This document shows, one piece after another, positions 15,676 to 20,000 of a stretch of 20,000 bases of DNA. The DNA lies in the IMG/VR virus record IMGVR_UViG_3300009507_000015; one strand, written 5' to 3'. Below the pieces are notes generated by a model, which was not told the DNA's origin, searched no databases, and saw only the letters and a program-made list of their open reading frames with translations. Position numbers and translations under genes: made by a program. This DNA comes from an uncultured virus (IMG/VR IMGVR_UViG_3300009507_000015). Lineage: Duplodnaviria > Heunggongvirae > Uroviricota > Caudoviricetes. The number at the start of each line of letters is the position of its first letter. Positions within the stretch are counted from its first letter, which is position 1.

Positions 15676-17015
15676 TGAAGAGAACAGTAACATCCTTTTT
15701 TGATAAAGAATATTTAGAGTATGCTAAATATGTGGTAGAGAATAGAGCTATACCAAGTTGTATAGATGGTCTTAAACCTACACAAAGAAAAGTTGTTTAT
15801 ATCGCCAATAAGATATGGAAAACTGGTAATGAAAAGCCAATGAAATTATTTCAACTTGCAGGTAGGGTTGCAGCTGAGGCGTTTTATCATCATGGTAATA
15901 CTTCATTAGAATCATCAATGGTCGGTATGGCTCAAAAGTTTAAAAACTCATTACCATTGTTAGAAGGTATCGGTCAGTTTGGATCATTAAGATCTCCATC
16001 TGCTGGTGCACCTCGTTACATTAGTGCTAAGCTACATCCTAATTTTAGATTACTTTATCAAGATTTTGAATTACTTGATAATAAAATAGAAGAAGGAGAA
16101 AAAATAGAACCAGAACATTTCTTACCTATAGTTCCAACCGTTATATTAAATGGTACATCAGGTATTGCAGTAGGTTTTGCTACTAATATATTAAATAGAA
16201 ATCCTAAAGATGTAGTAGATGCATGTATTGCTGAGATAAATGGAAAAAGAATAAAAACTTTAGCTCCATGGGTTGAAGAATTTAAAGGAACTTTTACTAG
16301 AGATTTAGAAAATCCTAAAACATGGAAAATTAGTGGTTCTTATCAGGTTATCAATACTAACACAGTAAAGATTACTGCAATACCTCCTAATTATACATAT
16401 GAAAGATATGAAGAAATATTAAATCTTTTACAAGAAAAAGGAATCATTACTTCTTATGATGATAATTCATCTGAAACAATAGAATATGTTTTAAAATTTA
16501 GAAGATCTATTTTAAAAGATTTAATTTCTAAAGATAGATTAGAACGAACACTAAGGTTAAATACACAAGAAACTGAAAATCTTACAACGATAGATGAAAA
16601 CGGTGAACTTAAAATATTTAATAAAGCCGAAGAAATAGTAAAACATTTTGTTAGTGTTAGATTAGGTTGGTATCAAACTAGAAAAGATTACCTAATTAAT
16701 AAAACAGAAAAACAATTAGCATTAGTAACTAATAAAGCTAGATTTATTAAAGATATTATTGATGGTAAACTAAAAATTAATAATGTTCCTAAAGATAAAA
16801 TTATAGCTTATTTAAAAACTAATGATTATGATACAGTACATGGATCATATGATTATCTTTTATCAATGGCTATTCATTCTTTAACAAAGGAAAGATATGA
16901 AAAATTATTACAAGAAAAAGAAGGTTGTATTATTGCACTTAAAACGATAAAAGCAACAGACCCTAAAGAAATGTATTTAACAGATCTTAAAAAATTAAAG
17001 GCAGCAATTAAGTAA
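15675..17015 (+). CDS. Type IIA topoisomerase medium (breakage-reunion) subunit, T4 gp52-like
   Basis: 'RAIPSCIDGLKPTQRK', 'YHHG', catalytic 'APRY', 'NGTSGIAVGFAT'. TAATG coupling with the upstream subunit. Confidence 0.97.
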   Translation: MKRTVTSFFDKEYLEYAKYVVENRAIPSCIDGLKPTQRKVVYIANKIWKTGNEKPMKLFQLAGRVAAEAFYHHGNTSLESSMVGMAQKFKNSLPLLEGIGQFGSLRSPSAGAPRYISAKLHPNFRLLYQDFELLDNKIEEGEKIEPEHFLPIVPTVILNGTSGIAVGFATNILNRNPKDVVDACIAEINGKRIKTLAPWVEEFKGTFTRDLENPKTWKISGSYQVINTNTVKITAIPPNYTYERYEEILNLLQEKGIITSYDDNSSETIEYVLKFRRSILKDLISKDRLERTLRLNTQETENLTTIDENGELKIFNKAEEIVKHFVSVRLGWYQTRKDYLINKTEKQLALVTNKARFIKDIIDGKLKINNVPKDKIIAYLKTNDYDTVHGSYDYLLSMAIHSLTKERYEKLLQEKEGCIIALKTIKATDPKEMYLTDLKKLKAAIK

Positions 17016-17039
17016 ACTTTTTTTAAAAAAGGCATATAA
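17014..17039 (+). promoter_or_regulatory. Candidate pre-replicative promoter (GT)AAAC-N16-ATATAA
   Basis: GTAAAC at 17012-17017 and ATATAA at 17034-17039, upstream of ATG 17057. Confidence 0.45.
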
Positions 17040-17056
17040 TAATAAATCAATACCCT

Positions 17057-17206
17057 ATGAAAAAATTTCAGTTTTGTATTAAAGAAGATTGCAGAACAGC
17101 ATGTGAAGCAAAGAATGAAGAACTTGCATGGCAATGGTTAGCTGAAACAAAAAGATTAACAGTAAAGGCAGTTAAAAAACTTTACTACATAAAATCAAAT
17201 AATTAA
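17057..17206 (+). CDS. Small hypothetical protein (49 aa, MKKFQFCIKEDCRTACEAKNEELAWQWLAETKRL...), absent from ORF track
   Basis: Manual translation: an ATG-to-TAA frame fills the gap between the candidate promoter and ATG 17209. Confidence 0.6.
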   Translation: MKKFQFCIKEDCRTACEAKNEELAWQWLAETKRLTVKAVKKLYYIKSNN

Positions 17207-17208
17207 TT

Positions 17209-17436
17209 ATGATAAAAGAACAAGAAACAACTGTTAATTCTTCAATGATTAATAGGTACATATATAATTTTGCTACAAAAACCTTAAAGGTAGAATTTAA
17301 TAGCGGGGCATTATATGAATACAAAAATGTTGAGGCAGAGTTATATGATGAATTATGTAAATCTGAATCAGCAGGTAAATTCTTTAACGAGAAAATAAAA
17401 AATAACTTTGAACATACACAACTTTTAATAGACTAA
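17209..17436 (+). CDS. KTSC-domain protein
   Basis: 'VNSSMI..Y.Y.....TLKVEFNSGALYEY.NV....Y..L....SAGKFFN..IK' is the KTSC consensus. Confidence 0.92.
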   Translation: MIKEQETTVNSSMINRYIYNFATKTLKVEFNSGALYEYKNVEAELYDELCKSESAGKFFNEKIKNNFEHTQLLID

Positions 17437-17439
17437 CAT

Positions 17440-17673
17440 ATGACAACAAATAAAAATGTAATTTACGACGCGCTTAAAGCTCAATTTGAAGCACAAAAGC
17501 AAAAAGCTTTAGCAACACTAACAATTTATTTAACTAATCCTGTAGGAATTGGTGAACACCCTCAACATATAGAGGAAATGGAAACAATGGCCAGATCATT
17601 AGCTGAGGCAGAAGATGTACTATCAACATTAGAAAGAACATTTGAAACTGAACCTGTAGCAGATAATGAATAA
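17440..17673 (+). CDS. Hypothetical helical-hairpin protein
   Basis: 77 aa, two helices joined by 'YLTNPVGIGEHP', a motif I recall from small T4-like marine phage proteins. Confidence 0.75.
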   Translation: MTTNKNVIYDALKAQFEAQKQKALATLTIYLTNPVGIGEHPQHIEEMETMARSLAEAEDVLSTLERTFETEPVADNE

Positions 17674-18145
17674 AGTTATATTAATAGGAAAGGCCGCTGC
17701 TGGTAAAGATCATATGAGAAAAGTCTTAGAAGGCAGAGGTTTTACATACGGTACTTCTTATACTACAAGACCACCTAGAGAAGGCGAAATTGATGGTAGA
17801 GATTATTATTTTATATCAGAAGAAGATTTTAAACATTATGCTGAAAATAATTTTTGGTATGAATATGTTAAATTCAACGGTTGGTACTATGGCTCAAGCA
17901 TAGAACAATTTAAAAATACATGTAACCTATTTGTTATGACACCTCATGGTGTTAATGCAATTAATCCTATTGATAGAAAAAAATGTACTATCATTTATTT
18001 AGATATTCCTTTAGAAATTAGAAAACAAAGACTTTTAGAAAGAGGAGATCTTAATGATAAAATAGAAAGAAGAATTGCTGCTGACGAAAGGGATTTTGAA
18101 GGCTTTACTGATTTTGATATTATTGTAAACAATCCTAACTTTTAA
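17666..18145 (+). CDS. gmk: Guanylate kinase-like
   Basis: P-loop 'GKAAAGKD' and GK signature 'SYTTRPPREGEIDGRDYYF...YYGS'. Confidence 0.92.
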   Translation: MNKVILIGKAAAGKDHMRKVLEGRGFTYGTSYTTRPPREGEIDGRDYYFISEEDFKHYAENNFWYEYVKFNGWYYGSSIEQFKNTCNLFVMTPHGVNAINPIDRKKCTIIYLDIPLEIRKQRLLERGDLNDKIERRIAADERDFEGFTDFDIIVNNPNF

Positions 18146-18163
18146 TCATATAAAAATAAACAA

Positions 18164-18775
18164 ATGGCTAAATTCATTATTATAGAAGGTACCGATAATG
18201 TAGGTAAAGATACACAACAAGATTTAATTATTAAAAATATGAGTGAGCATGTTTTTCACAAATTACATTATTCGGCATTACCGTTTAAAGATGATATAGA
18301 AAAACATACTACATATTCTAAAGATCTTTATAAAAGTATGTTTTTATTAATGATGAAATCTAAATTAGGATATAAAAAAGGTGATACTGATATTAATCTT
18401 ATCTTTAATAGATCTCATTTAGGTGAAACTGTCTATTCTCCCCTTTATAGAGGTTATTCAGGTGATTATGTTTTTGATATTGAAAAGAAATACACAAAAG
18501 CATTAAGAGAAGATTTATATTTAATTACATTAACCAATGATCCACATACAATATTAAAAAGAGATGATGGTAAATCTTTTTATGGTAATGAAGAAGAGGT
18601 AAAGGCTGAGGTTGATGGTTTTAGGAGAGCTCATAGATTAAGTACCATTAAAAATAAATTGCATGTTAATGTTGGTACAATGAGTGCAATAGAAGTTTCT
18701 AATATTATTATAGATTTCTTAAAGCAAGAGAATACCATAACAGGAGATAATAAACAATTAAACTTATTTGTATAA
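18164..18775 (+). CDS. Thymidylate-kinase-like dNMP kinase
   Basis: P-loop 'IIIEGTDNVGKDTQ' and 'FNRSHLGETVY..LYR', a variant of the TMPK DR motif. Confidence 0.8.
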   Translation: MAKFIIIEGTDNVGKDTQQDLIIKNMSEHVFHKLHYSALPFKDDIEKHTTYSKDLYKSMFLLMMKSKLGYKKGDTDINLIFNRSHLGETVYSPLYRGYSGDYVFDIEKKYTKALREDLYLITLTNDPHTILKRDDGKSFYGNEEEVKAEVDGFRRAHRLSTIKNKLHVNVGTMSAIEVSNIIIDFLKQENTITGDNKQLNLFV

Positions 18776-18951
18776 TGTCCAGAGCAGAAGATATACTTTA
18801 TAAAGCTCATGAAGAAGGTATTAGGGATGCTGTGTTTGCAGAATCTAAAGCATTAAGAGAAGCTGATCCTAAAAAATATAAATTTAAGGAATATGCTGAT
18901 GTATTAGAAGAAGCATATAAAAGAGTAGTAAAACGAAAGAATAAAAAATGA
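18775..18951 (+). CDS. Small hypothetical protein (58 aa, MSRAEDILYKAHEEGIRDAVF...), absent from ORF track
   Basis: Manual translation. Translationally coupled at both ends (TAATG at 18773-18777; ATGA at 18948-18951). Confidence 0.75.
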   Translation: MSRAEDILYKAHEEGIRDAVFAESKALREADPKKYKFKEYADVLEEAYKRVVKRKNKK

Positions 18952-19829
18952 GAACATATAGAGGAGATACATTTGCAGATGTTTATGAAAAAGCATTAAG
19001 AGATACTTTAGAGAATCCTGATTATACTTCTAAACCAAGAGGTATGGAAATTAAAGAAATATGTAATGCAGCATTAGTTATAGATGATCCTTACTTTCCA
19101 CTTTATGAAAATGAAGAAAGAAGTAGTCAATTTAAATATATTGCTGGTGAAACTGTTTGGTATTTTACAGGTAGAAAAGATATTAAATTTATTGATAAGT
19201 TCTCAAAGTTTTGGAAACAATTAGATAATGGTGATGGTACTGTTAATTCTGCGTATGGTAATCTTATATTTAAAGAACCTCTTTCTGATGGTAGAAATCA
19301 ATGGCAGTGGGCATTAGATTCATTAATAGAAGATAAAGATTCTAGGCAAGCTATTTTACATTTTAACAAACCGTCTCACCAATGGCAAGGTAATAAAGAT
19401 TTTGTATGTACTCTTAATGGTATATTTCAAATCAGAGATAATAGATTAAACTTTACTGTTGATATGAGATCAAATGATCTTATTCTAGGTACTGCAACTG
19501 ATATTGCATTCTTTTGTTTATTACAGCAACAAATGCTAAAACATTTAGAAAGATATTACCCTGAACTTAAAATGGGTACATATACTCATATTGTCCATTC
19601 ACTTCATATTTATGAAAGACATTTTGATTTAGTTAAGAGGATGCTAAATAAACCATTTAGTGAAATGTCATATCCGCCTTTACAAAGAAATCTTATTACA
19701 ACTAAAGGTCATCCTACTGATACTATGAATGAGTTAGAATCAGATATAGTACAGGGCTGGGACGGCGAATGGCTTAATGATCCATTATTTGAATGGTTAG
19801 CATTTCATAGTAACGGTGGAGATATATAA
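18948..19829 (+). CDS. Thymidylate-synthase-fold enzyme, probably dCMP hydroxymethylase/methylase (T4 gp42-like)
   Basis: 'VNSAYG', 'DSRQA', catalytic 'DFVCT' (C154), 'MRSNDLILGTATD' (D185) and 'SLHIYERHF'. Confidence 0.85.
   Translation: MRTYRGDTFADVYEKALRDTLENPDYTSKPRGMEIKEICNAALVIDDPYFPLYENEERSSQFKYIAGETVWYFTGRKDIKFIDKFSKFWKQLDNGDGTVNSAYGNLIFKEPLSDGRNQWQWALDSLIEDKDSRQAILHFNKPSHQWQGNKDFVCTLNGIFQIRDNRLNFTVDMRSNDLILGTATDIAFFCLLQQQMLKHLERYYPELKMGTYTHIVHSLHIYERHFDLVKRMLNKPFSEMSYPPLQRNLITTKGHPTDTMNELESDIVQGWDGEWLNDPLFEWLAFHSNGGDI
19821..19828 (+). promoter_or_regulatory. Candidate late promoter GATATATA
   Basis: Same motif as before the sheath and tube genes, 15 nt before GTG 19844. Confidence 0.5.
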
Positions 19830-19843
19830 TAAAATAAATTAAA

Positions 19844-20000
19844 GTGTTGAAATATCTAAAACTTTTTGAACAATTCTTAAATGAAAAGAAACCTAAAGGA
19901 GCACCAGACTTCCATCATTCTGATGCACCTGATGCTGAAGGTAGATTTAAAGATCTTTCTATAAAAGATTTAGCCGCATGGTTAATTAAAACTAGAAAGA
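19844..20000 (+). CDS. Partial (3'-truncated) probable internal head protein
   Basis: Open frame from GTG 19844 (or TTG 19847) to the window end: MLKYLKLFEQFLNEKKPKGAPDFHHSDAPDAEGRFKDLSIKDLAAWLIKTRK. Confidence 0.7.
   Translation, partial: MLKYLKLFEQFLNEKKPKGAPDFHHSDAPDAEGRFKDLSIKDLAAWLIKTRK

Noticed and set aside
13801..17015. T4 gene 60-type ribosomal bypass, intron or intein in topoisomerase
   Set aside because: The ATPase and TOPRIM regions are one continuous ORF of normal length, and gp52 is also uninterrupted.
17017..17032. T7-A6 palindrome after the topoisomerase gene as a terminator
   Set aside because: All A/T with no loop or following U tract. It fits better as the spacer of the candidate promoter.
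1691..17134. All minus-strand ORFs (1691, 5833, 7178, 9043, 14158, 14802, 15414, 16874)
   Set aside because: They are antisense shadows of well-supported + strand genes with no recognisable motifs.
1..20000. Stop-codon reassignment (TAG/TGA recoding as in some large phages)
   Set aside because: Genes are full length under code 11. Stops are TAA plus two TGA in overlaps. TAG is used neither as a stop nor in frame in the called genes, so recoding is unsupported here, though it is not excluded elsewhere in the genome.

Overview
Every gene I can support in this AT-rich window (roughly 30% GC) is on the + strand. It comes from a large T4-like myophage, probably a jumbo or huge phage. The left part (1-11848) is a late morphogenesis block: partial structural gene, probable terminase small subunit, GroES-like co-chaperonin, terminase large subunit, an enlarged tail sheath, tail tube, an intrinsic terminator, a GIY-YIG/ribbon-helix-helix fusion, a gp26-like baseplate/tail chaperone overlapped by a gp51-like ORF with no good start, and a tape-measure-like protein. 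The right part (11926-20000) carries a DEDDh exonuclease, a phage tmRNA followed 4 nt later by tRNA-Ala(TGC), two-subunit topoisomerase II, a KTSC protein, two NMP kinases, a thymidylate-synthase-fold enzyme with the dCMP-specific Asp (T4 gp42-like), and the start of a protein with a capsid-targeting-like N-terminus. The most interesting signals are: (1) a GC-rich, structured candidate +1 recoding cassette at 8491-8664; (2) a probable cytosine-modification module; (3) an apparently inactivated GIY-YIG domain fused to an RHH domain; (4) the tmRNA/tRNA-Ala cassette with a boxA-like leader; (5) recurring promoter motifs that differ from T4's. Several cues suggest a Bacteroidota (Flavobacteriia-like) host. 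All protein family calls come from motif recognition by eye, not database searches.
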